Below, piece by piece: positions 1 through 7,296 of a stretch of 13,173 nucleotides of DNA. The DNA comes from an uncultured bacterium (GTDB lineage: Bacteria > GCA-001730085). Made by a program: the position numbers and the translations under genes. Every line of letters starts with the position of its first letter. Within the stretch, counting starts at the first letter, position 1. The notes beneath the pieces were generated by a model that saw nothing but the letters and a program-made list of their open reading frames with translations, did no database searches and was not told where the DNA came from. Location: contig CAZMGY010000037.1 of NCBI GenBank assembly GCA_964565945.1, forward strand, positions 1 through 13,173, given 5' to 3'.

Positions 1-158
1 ACTTGTTCTTCGGCGACAGCAATTCTCTGTTCAGAAGATTTTACTGACGGATGATACTCAAGAGCTGCTTTAACTAATTTTGGTAAAGTGTTTTGAGCTT
101 CCAAAACTTGTGATGATAATAGAAGCATAGTTAATGCAAAACAAAAAAAACAACGCAT
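1..158 (-). CDS. Outer-membrane channel protein, TolC/OprM family (N-terminal 52 codons only; gene continues beyond the left edge)
   Basis: Not in the supplied ORF track because it is truncated. Manual minus-strand translation from ATG (158-156) gives MRCFFCFALTMLLLSSQVLEAQNTLPKLVKAALEYHPSVKSSEQRIAVAEEQ, open to position 1. It has a hydrophobic signal-peptide-like start, then the L..A...A...P.[LV]......[IL]..AE pattern typical of the first helix of TolC-family proteins. A purine-rich GGGGGAG lies about 12 nt upstream. Confidence 0.4.
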   Translation of the reverse strand, partial: MRCFFCFALTMLLLSSQVLEAQNTLPKLVKAALEYHPSVKSSEQRIAVAEEQ

Positions 159-651
159 ACTTTATCCCACTCCCCCAGGAAGTCAAAATTGTACAAAAAA
201 AAACACAGCTTTTAAGGTGTAGCGCCAATATTAAACTTGTCAAGTCGAATAGTAATCCTGCCAAAGAATTAATGAAATGGTCAAGTGTTTTTTTGCGATT
301 CTAGTTACGTGTGTTTTAAGAGTATTATTCCACGAGCTACGGCTATTATTTCCTATTAATTCAGGGTCTATTTACTCTCTATGTTCACGAGTTGACTCAT
401 ACCTTACTGCGGATCAACTTAGGAGGAGAAGGGATCTTTATTTTAACAGCGTATTTAAGGTGCCCATTCTGTGACGCAAGCCCAGTTGTAAAATTCTGCT
501 TAATTGCGCATTAGTGCTTAGGCTTGACAAATTTGGTCTAAAGATGCTAACTTAGCTCATGTAGGTCCTTTTTAACATGTTAACTTTCTTCGTTGTTTTT
601 GAAAAAAGGTATGTAAAGTCCCGAATTACTCCTAAAATATGGCGATAAGCG

Positions 652-1248
652 ATGCTGAAAATAGGTTTGACAGGTGGCATTTGTAGTGGTAAGTCTTTTG
701 TAATAAACTGTGTCTCGTCGTATGAGTATGTGGTCACACTGAGTGCTGATGAAAGTGCGGGCTTTGTTTGCCAACGAGGAGAAGAAGGTTATGCGAGCAT
801 AGTTGATATGTTTGGAGAAGACGTATTAGCCGATGATGGCGAGATTGATCGAAGCAAGTTAGCGTCGATCGTTTTTGAAGATCGCCAAAAATTATCAGAG
901 TTAGAAAAAATCGTCCACCCTTTGGTGAAGCAGAACCTGGAACAACAAATGGTCGATATCGATGCAGATGATGTGGTTGTGATTGAGGTGCCGTTATTGT
1001 ATGAAGCTCATTTTGAGGACATGGTGGATAAGGTCATTGTGGTGGCTTGCACCGAGGATGAGCAGATCGCTCGTTGCTTGCAGAGGGATGGCTTGAGTGA
1101 AGAGGCTGTTCGCCAGCGGATGATTCGCCAAATGCCTTTGCGCGATAAGGTGGTGAAAGCAAATTTTGTGATTGATAATAATCTTAATATGGATGAAACA
1201 AGGAGGCAAATAGAAAGTCTATGGCCGAAAATAATCAAGAAAAAGTAA
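652..1248 (+). CDS. coaE: Dephospho-CoA kinase
   Basis: 198-aa ORF. The P-loop [11 protein letters not shown] lies directly after the start (CoaE hallmark G-x-TGGI-x-SGKS). The family motif IEVPLLYEA (E-x-PLL-[FY]-E) and typical length are present. Confidence 0.9.
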   Translation: MLKIGLTGGICSGKSFVINCVSSYEYVVTLSADESAGFVCQRGEEGYASIVDMFGEDVLADDGEIDRSKLASIVFEDRQKLSELEKIVHPLVKQNLEQQMVDIDADDVVVIEVPLLYEAHFEDMVDKVIVVACTEDEQIARCLQRDGLSEEAVRQRMIRQMPLRDKVVKANFVIDNNLNMDETRRQIESLWPKIIKKK

Positions 1249-2636
1249 AAACAAACAATCGAGGGTCTCGTTCTTTAAAGTCTAGGTCGTCTAAATCATC
1301 AAAGAGGCCCAAGCGCAACCTTATGCGCGAAGAGCAGTCTTTCGAAGATATGATTGTTAAAAAGACAGACAACATGATTGATATTTCTAACTTGAGAAGC
1401 ACGCGCATCACCGAGTTGCATGATATGGCTATAGAGTTGGGAGTTGAGGATCCGGGTACCTTGAAACGACAAGATTTAATTTTTAAAATCTTGCAAGTGC
1501 AAGTAGAAAACGATGGAATTTTGTTTGGAGAGGGTGTGTTAGAAGTTCTGCAAGATGGGTTTGGTTTTTTGCGTTCGCAAAACTACAATTACTTGCCCAG
1601 TCCTGATGATATTTATGTGTCGCCATCACAGATTCGTTTATTTAATTTGCAAACTGGTGATACGGTTGCAGGACAAATTCGCAATCCTAAGGAAGGAGAG
1701 CGCTATTTTGCTCTTTTGCGTGTTGAGTCGATCAATGGCGACGATCCTATCAAAAGTAAAAACCGGATCAATTTTATTCACCTAACGCCGCTATATCCTG
1801 AAGAGAGGTTTTTCTTGGAAAATGACTCCAACTCCGACACCTTGTCGATGCGGGTGATGGATTTGTTCACCCCTGTGGGTAAGGGGCAGCGTGGTTTGGT
1901 GGTGGCACCTCCTCGCACGGGCAAGACGGTTTGCCTTAAAATGATTGCCAATAGCATCACGCGCAATCATCCCGAGTGTAAGTTGATGATTTTATTGATC
2001 GACGAGCGTCCAGAAGAGGTGACCGATATGCAGCGTTCGGTGGTGAAGGGCGAAGTAATTAGTTCGACGTTTGATGAGCCACCCGAAAGGCATGTGCAAG
2101 TGGCCGAAATGGTTTTGGAAAAAGCCAAACGTATGGTGGAATACAAATATGATGTTGTGATTCTATTGGATAGTATTACGCGTTTGGCGCGTGCTTTTAA
2201 TACGGTTGTTCCTCACAGTGGAAAAATTTTATCTGGTGGAGTGGATTCCAATGCTTTGCATCGTCCCAAACGTTTTTTTGGAGCGGCGCGTAATGTCGAA
2301 GATGGTGGAAGTTTGACAATTATTTCGACGGCCTTGGTCGAAACTGGTAGTCGTATGGATGAAGTGATTTTCGAAGAATTCAAAGGTACAGGTAATATGG
2401 AGCTTGTGCTAGATCGCCGTTTGGCTGATCGGAGAATTTTTCCTGCGATGGATATCAATAAATCGGGAACACGTAAAGAAGAGCTTCTTTTACATCCCGA
2501 AGAATTGCAGAAAATATGGCTATTGCGCAAAGGTTTAAGCGAAATGAGTTCCGTGGAAGCCATGGAGTTCTTGAAAACGCGTATGAAAAAAACCAAAAAC
2601 AATGTTGAGTTTTTGTTGACTATGAAGGATGAGTAA
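1221..2636 (+). CDS. rho: Transcription termination factor Rho (with ~50-aa basic N-terminal extension if the 1221 start is used)
   Basis: 471-aa ORF with Rho hallmarks: N-terminal helix bundle ([15 protein letters not shown]...[12 protein letters not shown]), RNA-binding OB segment ([30 protein letters not shown]), Walker [16 protein letters not shown], Walker [14 protein letters not shown], and [30 protein letters not shown]. The start is ambiguous: in-frame Met codons also occur at 1323, 1350 and 1374. An AAGGAGG lies 15 nt upstream of 1221. Confidence 0.95.
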   Translation: MAENNQEKVKTNNRGSRSLKSRSSKSSKRPKRNLMREEQSFEDMIVKKTDNMIDISNLRSTRITELHDMAIELGVEDPGTLKRQDLIFKILQVQVENDGILFGEGVLEVLQDGFGFLRSQNYNYLPSPDDIYVSPSQIRLFNLQTGDTVAGQIRNPKEGERYFALLRVESINGDDPIKSKNRINFIHLTPLYPEERFFLENDSNSDTLSMRVMDLFTPVGKGQRGLVVAPPRTGKTVCLKMIANSITRNHPECKLMILLIDERPEEVTDMQRSVVKGEVISSTFDEPPERHVQVAEMVLEKAKRMVEYKYDVVILLDSITRLARAFNTVVPHSGKILSGGVDSNALHRPKRFFGAARNVEDGGSLTIISTALVETGSRMDEVIFEEFKGTGNMELVLDRRLADRRIFPAMDINKSGTRKEELLLHPEELQKIWLLRKGLSEMSSVEAMEFLKTRMKKTKNNVEFLLTMKDE

Positions 2637-3372
2637 GTCGTCGAACTTGATAGAAATTGAGGACCTTACTGTCTCTTATCGACAGGGAGAACCTGTTTTA
2701 GACCAAGTGTCTTGTGTTGTTGAACCACTCAGTTATGTTGGGGTGATTGGTCCTAACGGTGGAGGTAAAACAACTTTTTTGAAAGTTATTTTAGGCTTAT
2801 TAAAACCTGATAGTGGTCGTATCCGTGTGTTTGGTGAAAAGCCTGGTAAAGAGGTTTCACGTTTGGGCTATGTTCCTCAGTTTGCTCAGTTTGATTGCAG
2901 TTACCCGATTTCGGTGATGGATGTTGTTCTTATGGGTCGGATTAACCGCTCTTTTTGGCGTTTTTCTTATAATCATAACGATGTTCTTGTGGCTCAAAAT
3001 GCTTTGGAGCGCGTTTCGTTGCTTGATAAACAAGAGGAAACGATAGGTTGTTTATCAGGGGGAGAAGTGCAACGAGTTTTGTTGGCGCGAGCTTTGGCAT
3101 GTGAGCCAGAGCTTCTTTTGCTCGATGAACCGACTTCAAGTATTGATAGTCGCATTGAACAAGACTTTTATCAGTTGCTCAAAGAACTTAATCAAGATAT
3201 GGCGATCATGTTGGTTTCGCATGATGTAGGTGTGATTGCTCGTGAGGTGAATGCGATTACGTGTGTGAATCGAACCTTAACGATGCATGATGCTACAACC
3301 ATTACGCGTGAGAACTTAACTGATTTGTATGATAATCCAGTGCGTTGCGTAGACCATCATTGTCAAATGTGA
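2629..3372 (+). CDS. Metal (Zn/Mn/Fe-type, ABC-3 system) ABC transporter ATP-binding protein
   Basis: 247-aa ORF with Walker [11 protein letters not shown]-loop GYVPQ, signature [15 protein letters not shown] (ZnuC/MntB/TroB style), Walker [13 protein letters not shown] and H-loop VSHD. The start overlaps the rho stop by 8 nt (ATGAGTAA). Confidence 0.85.
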   Translation: MSKSSNLIEIEDLTVSYRQGEPVLDQVSCVVEPLSYVGVIGPNGGGKTTFLKVILGLLKPDSGRIRVFGEKPGKEVSRLGYVPQFAQFDCSYPISVMDVVLMGRINRSFWRFSYNHNDVLVAQNALERVSLLDKQEETIGCLSGGEVQRVLLARALACEPELLLLDEPTSSIDSRIEQDFYQLLKELNQDMAIMLVSHDVGVIAREVNAITCVNRTLTMHDATTITRENLTDLYDNPVRCVDHHCQM

Positions 3373-3379
3373 GAGGGTT

Positions 3380-4189
3380 ATGGAATTACTGAAATATAGT
3401 TTTATTCAAAATGCATTGGTGGCCAGTTTTTTTGCCAGTTTAGCTTGTGGCATTATTGGAACTTATGTAGTGGTCAAGCGCTTGGTTTTTTTAAGCGGTG
3501 GTTTGGCTCATGCGTCGTTTGGGGGATTAGGTCTAGCCCATTTCGCCAAAATATACCCTTTGTTTGGAGCTCTTTTGTTCAGCCTTTTGGCGGCTCTAGG
3601 TTTAGGTTTTTTTAAAGGAAAAACCGAACATGAAGATACCGCGATGGGCATCTTATGGCCTCTCGGGATGTCGCTTGGTGTGATTTTTATTTATTTGTCC
3701 AAGTCCTATACGGGGGATTTGTTTGTCTATTTGTTTGGTAATATTTTGATGGTATCTTTGGAAGATCTGGTTGTGATGGCTGTCTTAGTGGCGGTGATAC
3801 TGCTCTTGGTGGTGGTTTTATTCTATTATTTTCAAGCCGTTTGCTTTGACGAAGAGTTTGCTCAGGTGCGGGGAATAGGCACACATCGTTTGTATGTTTT
3901 ACTTTTGGTGATGATTGCGTTTTCGGTGATTTTGCTGATGAAAGTGGTGGGAATCGTTTTATTGATCGCTCTTTTGACGATTCCGGCTGCGATGAGCAAA
4001 AAATGTGTTTCTTCGATTCGTGGCATGATGATTTTAGCTTCGTTCTTGTCGTTTGTGTTTATGGTGGCAGGTATTTTTTTGTCGTATGTCTTGGATTTAC
4101 CGACAGGCGCTTTGATTATTCTGTTAGCGTGTGGAGCCTATGTTGTTTTGGAACTTGTTTTGCAAGGGCGGCGTTATGCACTTCGTTAA
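3380..4189 (+). CDS. Metal ABC transporter permease (ABC-3 family, ZnuB/MntC/TroC-like)
   Basis: 269-aa polytopic hydrophobic ORF, collinear with E. coli ZnuB as I recall it (GGLAHASFGG, YLFGNILMVSLEDL, LLIALLTIPAA). It starts 7 nt after the ATPase stop, preceded by GAGAGGG. Confidence 0.85.
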   Translation: MELLKYSFIQNALVASFFASLACGIIGTYVVVKRLVFLSGGLAHASFGGLGLAHFAKIYPLFGALLFSLLAALGLGFFKGKTEHEDTAMGILWPLGMSLGVIFIYLSKSYTGDLFVYLFGNILMVSLEDLVVMAVLVAVILLLVVVLFYYFQAVCFDEEFAQVRGIGTHRLYVLLLVMIAFSVILLMKVVGIVLLIALLTIPAAMSKKCVSSIRGMMILASFLSFVFMVAGIFLSYVLDLPTGALIILLACGAYVVLELVLQGRRYALR

Positions 4190-4784
4190 CTATAAGCGAA
4201 TGGTGAAAAAATGGGGTGTTTGGCCCTTGGTTATGCTGGCAGCGTTGGTTGGTTCTCAATTTGTTTCTCAAAGGCCAGACATTGCCAAACCAAGTTATTT
4301 GCATGTGCGTCATGTGGTTGATGGTGATACGCTCAAATTATCGGATGGACGCAAGGTGCGCTTGATTGGAGTGGATACACCGGAATCACATGAATCTAAC
4401 AAGTTGGACCGGATTGTGGCGCGGACTGGCCAGAGCAAACATCAAATTATGGCTCAAGGTAAAAAGGCCAGCCATTTCACCCAAAGCTTAGTGCAGGGGA
4501 ACGAGTTGCGCTTGGAATTTGATCCGGCTAATATCAAAAAGGGGCATAAAGATGTCTATGGCCGCTTGTTGGCCTATGTGTATGTTTTGGGTTTTTCCGA
4601 GCCAAACCGTTCTGATTTGGTTTACCGTGAGGATGCTCAAGATGGGCGCATGGTGTTCTTGAATGCATCTCTTCTTAAGGCTGGCTATGCGGAGTCGTTT
4701 CGTAAATTTCCTTATGCAAAAAAAATGGAATTTTTTCGTTTGGAGCGCCAGGCCAAAACAGAAAAACGGGGTTTATGGTCTTAG
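4176..4784 (+). CDS. Secreted thermonuclease-family (staphylococcal nuclease / SNase fold) protein
   Basis: SNase motifs are present: VVDGDTLKL, VRLIGVDTPES, VYGRLLAYVY, NASLLKAGYA. The N-terminus KRMVKKWGVWPLVMLAALVGSQ looks like a signal peptide. The start is ambiguous: 4131 is the longest ORF but overlaps the permease by 59 nt; 4176 has AAGGG 8 nt upstream; 4200 lies after the permease stop. Confidence 0.8.
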   Translation: MHFVNYKRMVKKWGVWPLVMLAALVGSQFVSQRPDIAKPSYLHVRHVVDGDTLKLSDGRKVRLIGVDTPESHESNKLDRIVARTGQSKHQIMAQGKKASHFTQSLVQGNELRLEFDPANIKKGHKDVYGRLLAYVYVLGFSEPNRSDLVYREDAQDGRMVFLNASLLKAGYAESFRKFPYAKKMEFFRLERQAKTEKRGLWS

Positions 4785-4851
4785 TTTTTTTGTATTTTAG
4801 GGTCATGCCTAGTTAAGACTATAATAAATAGTCGGAAAGCTAGGAAAGACA

Positions 4852-4962
4852 ATGAGAAACGAGTATTATAAACGTTCAAGAATTAGTGAAGCAAAATTTA
4901 GAAAAATATTACAACTCTTCAGCCTTGATATAGAATCTATCAATGCCGTTTTAATTGTTTAG
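4852..4962 (+). mobile_element. Remnant (36 codons) resembling the N-terminus of an IS1595-family transposase
   Basis: Manual translation gives MRNEYYKRSRISEAKFRKILQLFSLDIESINAVLIV*. The segment Y-x-[KR]-S-[KR]-[IL]-S-E-x-K-F-R-x-[IL]-L-x-x-F-[AS]-L-D-[IL] matches, from memory, the N-termini of IS1595-type transposases (K-S-K-[IL]-S-E-R-K-F-R..L.R.FALDLTA...). A full transposase is about 300 aa and none of the rest is present. No terminal inverted repeats were identified. Confidence 0.4.
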
Positions 4963-5067
4963 GATATGGACAACTTGGACCTTCTGGCGAGCGAAGGATT
5001 GCGATAGAGCAAGAATCTATGATAAAATTAGCTGGGTCTTGGAATAGGTTACTTGAATGGGAAATAA

Positions 5068-5995
5068 TTGATGTTTTGTGAACCACATGAAACTTTAACG
5101 AAACGGTCTTTTCAGGCAACGAATGACTATGGGATTGTTTTGATTACATCCAATTCCTTAAGGCATGAGCACTTTGCTTATGCAATTCAGAATGCGTTTC
5201 CTGATTTGGTTCAAGCGTGGTTTAAAATCGCCTCGGTTAGCCGTACCGTCTAGGAGGTCACAGACCTCCTTAAAGGATAAAGTGGCATGGAATTTTCGGC
5301 ATAAGCCGTTTTGGTCGGCGATCCAAAGTGTGGCCTCTGGTGTAATCAATGTCTTTAAAATACACAAGATGATGCAACAGCAAATCAAGACCTTCGCTTC
5401 GGAAGAAGAACGGATGTTTGGAGCCGAGGTGGAACGCTTAAAGGCTAAATATCCTGGTTTTAGAGCTTGTTCCATCGAAAACGCCAATCATCTCGATGTG
5501 ATTGCAAAAATCCAAGCTTTCAATCCCTATTTTTTATTAGTTATGGGCGGACCTTTCTATTGCCAAGAATTATTGGATACCGTTCGTGGTGTTGCACTCA
5601 ATCAACATGCAGGCTGGTCACCGCGGTATCGCGGAAGTCATACAGTGGAGTGGGCTTTGTATCATCGTGATTTGGCACACGTTGGTGCTACGGTGCACGA
5701 GATGACAACTGCGGTTGATTCAGGAGATATTTTTGCACGATCGTGGCCGGTTTTGTTGGGTGATGAGAGCTTGGAGGTGTGTCAATTGAGAACCGTAGCT
5801 CTAGGCAACCGTATGATGATTGATGTTGTGGAGGAAATTATGCAAAATCAAACGCTTAGGTGCCTTAAGCAAGGGCCTGTTGCGGGTCAAACGTATTTGA
5901 GCCGAGATTTTGATCCTAATATGCTTAAGGATTTGTATCGCTACTTTAACCAAAAAGGTTACCAAGCCGACCTTATGAGATCCAAAAATGTCTAA
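5068..5995 (+). pseudogene. Formyltransferase-family protein gene, disrupted (stop plus frame change at 5251-5270)
   Basis: Two ORFs form one gene. Frame 1 (5068-5253) encodes an N-terminal beta-alpha unit, GIVLITSNSLRHEHFAYAIQNAFPDLV. Frame 2 (to 5995) encodes the formyl-transferase core: PYFLLVMGG, LNQHAGWSPRYRGSH (compare N-x-H-x-SLLP-x-[YF]-RG) and GATVHEMTTAVDSGDI (compare G-x-T-x-H-x-x-x-x-x-D-x-G-x-I). Frame 1 ends at TAG 5251-5253. Confidence 0.7.
5252..5270. repeat. 19-nt perfect palindrome / hairpin (8-bp stem AGGAGGTC/GACCTCCT, 3-nt loop ACA) at the break point of the formyltransferase gene
   Basis: Read directly: aggaggtc-aca-gacctcct. It starts one base after the T of the premature TAG. 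Its length is 1 mod 3. Confidence 0.9.
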
Positions 5996-6884
5996 GTTGA
6001 ATCCAGGTTGGTATATATTGCTGTATCACAATATTTCATGGGAAGAAACACCCTACACAAGGCCCATTGGAGGTGTTTGTCCGCCTTTTTTATTTGAAGA
6101 GCATCTGAAGTATTTAAGTCAGGAGGGCCATCTGGTATCGGTTAAGCAGGGAATCGAGCTCTGGAAGGAAAACAATATTAAGGAGCCTTTATTTTCTTTT
6201 TGGTTTGATGATGGATTCAAAGATGTTCGGAACGAAGCGGTACCTTTGCTTAAAAAATATCAGACAACAGGAGCGATGTCTGTGTGCAGTCGTTTTGTTA
6301 AGCGACAGGAATTGATGTGGCGTTGTGTCGTATCTTATTTGGGGTATGTGGATGCAAAAAAAATTCTTCGCAGTCGCTTGAAGGTTTTAGGTTATCGACC
6401 TTCTGACACGATTAAAGATTTTACTTTAAATCACTTTTCCGACGAGATTCTGCTCCTTTTGAATCAAGTTTGGTTCGATTATGTAACACCCGACGAAAGG
6501 GATCAAGGCATGAGCTTGTTCGATGATACTGAGGGACTGCGCGAACTTGTGCAAGAGAACTGGTTACTCACTAATCATTCTTCCGCTCATTATCCCATTG
6601 GCGAGGACTCCTATATTGATCATATGGTGAATCAATTCAAAGAATGCGATGTTTTTCTTAAAGAAGACTTGGATTATCATACCCCTTTTTATGTTTTGCC
6701 TTTTGATCGAGAGCAACATTGCTCGGATCAATTGATACCGATGTTTCAAAGGCATTTTGAAAAAGATGATGTTTTGGTGCTGGTGAGGGATCAAGTTAAC
6801 AGTTGCTTTCAAAAAGATCCTGTGCTCTATCGTTTTAATGTTCCGTTTGTTTCGGGGCCAGAGCTGATAAAGTATTTGGCTTAA
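5988..6884 (+). CDS. Polysaccharide deacetylase family protein (NodB homology domain; possible deacetylase/deformylase)
   Basis: 298-aa intact ORF with ILLYHNI, FEEHLKYLSQEGHLVSV, the metal/catalytic motif FWFDDGFKD (TFDDG-type) and NHSSAH (H-[ST]-x-x-H). Its start overlaps the upstream gene's stop by 8 nt (ATGTCTAA). Confidence 0.85.
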   Translation: MSKLNPGWYILLYHNISWEETPYTRPIGGVCPPFLFEEHLKYLSQEGHLVSVKQGIELWKENNIKEPLFSFWFDDGFKDVRNEAVPLLKKYQTTGAMSVCSRFVKRQELMWRCVVSYLGYVDAKKILRSRLKVLGYRPSDTIKDFTLNHFSDEILLLLNQVWFDYVTPDERDQGMSLFDDTEGLRELVQENWLLTNHSSAHYPIGEDSYIDHMVNQFKECDVFLKEDLDYHTPFYVLPFDREQHCSDQLIPMFQRHFEKDDVLVLVRDQVNSCFQKDPVLYRFNVPFVSGPELIKYLA

Positions 6885-6893
6885 GAAAAAAAA

Positions 6894-7231
6894 GCGACCT
6901 TTCACGGTAGCGATATGTATTTATTCCTCAGATGTCATTTAAAACTGAACGCCAACCTGAATGGTAGAAGGATTCTCGAAGTTATTGAGAGGGACGTTTG
7001 GGATGAGGTCGTTAGAGAGGACACCATAAGCATTTTCGGGTTGAATTTAAACGAAAATTTTGTCTCCAAACGATTATTGCCTTCGAGTTCTTTTTCGAGA
7101 CCAGGGATCAATTGTCCCATGCCATGAATGTAGGCAAGAGGGTTTTGTTCTTCGGAACTGTCAATGAATTCAGCTTGATGATCTTTCAAAATATAATGGA
7201 TTTCAGCAACTACGTTTTTTAGAATACTCAT
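6894..7231 (-). pseudogene. slyD: FKBP-type peptidyl-prolyl isomerase, SlyD-like, frameshifted with two in-frame stops and 3'-truncated
   Basis: ATG at 7231 is preceded by AGGAGG (6-nt spacer). MSILKNVVAEIHYILKDHQAEFIDSSEEQNPLAYIHGMGQLIPGLEKELEGNNRLETKF parallels E. coli SlyD ...DLVVSLAYQV...DESPVSAPLDYLHGHGSLISGLETALEGHEVGDKF. Near 7031-7045 homology jumps to another frame, ENAYGVLSNDLIPNVPLNNFENPSTIQVGVQF (compare NDAYGQYDENLVQRVPKDVF..DELQVGMRF). TAA stops follow at 6939-6941 and 6921-6923, then IHIATVKG (compare VEITAVED). Homology ends at the A8 tract next to the deacetylase stop, so the C-terminal third is absent. Confidence 0.6.
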
Positions 7232-7296
7232 AAGACCTCCTTTCTGATAGGATTTAAATAGCATTATATGCATACTACACATATAATACATTGAAA

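Noticed and set aside
70-264. 64-aa minus-strand ORF from the track
   Set aside because: It is in a different frame from the TolC-like N-terminus, which has much better protein-like features. The sequence is low-complexity and Phe/Ile-rich, with no SD. It is most likely a spurious overlap.
277-474. 65-aa plus-strand ORF in the long intergenic region
   Set aside because: It has no recognisable motif and no SD upstream of the ATG. The composition looks like AT-rich non-coding DNA. An alternative frame containing CPFCDASPVVKFC lacks a credible start codon.
524-553. Possible sigma-70 promoter for coaE (perfect TTGACA at 524-529, TAACTT at 548-553, 18-nt spacer)
   Set aside because: The -10 element matches only 3 of 6 positions and the spacer is long. 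A single perfect hexamer is expected by chance several times in 13 kb. It is not supportable as a feature without TSS data.
572-583. Perfect 12-bp palindrome TTAACATGTTAA upstream of coaE (possible operator)
   Set aside because: A 6+6 perfect palindrome is expected about 3 times by chance in 13 kb, more often in AT-rich DNA. There is no second copy and no associated regulator gene.
552-774. Two minus-strand ORFs (61 and 64 aa) overlapping the coaE start
   Set aside because: They are antisense to a well-supported gene and its leader, with no motifs. They are typical shadow ORFs.
994-3884. Antisense or alternate-frame ORFs inside coaE, rho, the ABC ATPase and the permease (994-1209, 1008-1238, 1555-1785, 1778-1966, 2213-2602, 2942-3139, 3687-3884)
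   Set aside because: All are fully embedded in strongly supported genes and have biased, low-complexity translations, including the 129-aa ORF antisense to rho. No independent coding evidence exists.
4003-4313. ORFs 4003-4206 (+) and 4116-4313 (-) around the permease/nuclease junction
   Set aside because: These are alternate-frame or antisense overlaps of two motif-supported genes, so they are shadow ORFs.
5248-5270. Programmed +1 ribosomal frameshift at GUC-UAG with overlapping AGGAGG and hairpin (prfB/antizyme-like)
   Set aside because: The SD-like element overlaps the stop instead of preceding it. The hairpin starts inside the A-site codon, too close to act as a stimulator. A simple 19-nt insertion explains the data more parsimoniously. 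It is kept only as a minor alternative in the finding.
5158-5670. 109-aa minus ORF (5158-5487) and 67-aa plus ORF (5467-5670) within the formyltransferase locus
   Set aside because: One is antisense and the other is an alternate frame of the region encoding conserved formyltransferase motifs. Neither has motifs of its own.
6564-7127. 113-aa minus ORF antisense to the deacetylase (6564-6905) and 70-aa plus ORF (6915-7127)
   Set aside because: Only the first few codons of the former (..VKGR) belong to the SlyD relic; the rest is antisense read-through of the deacetylase gene. The latter is the antisense shadow of the SlyD relic.
7263-7287. Inverted repeat ATTATATG-N9-CATATAAT in the 65-bp divergent spacer between the slyD relic and the GT-C pseudogene (symmetrical TATAAT boxes, possible operator)
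   Set aside because: An AT-only 8-bp inverted repeat is at chance expectation for this window. Both flanking genes are dead, so a functional regulatory role cannot be argued.
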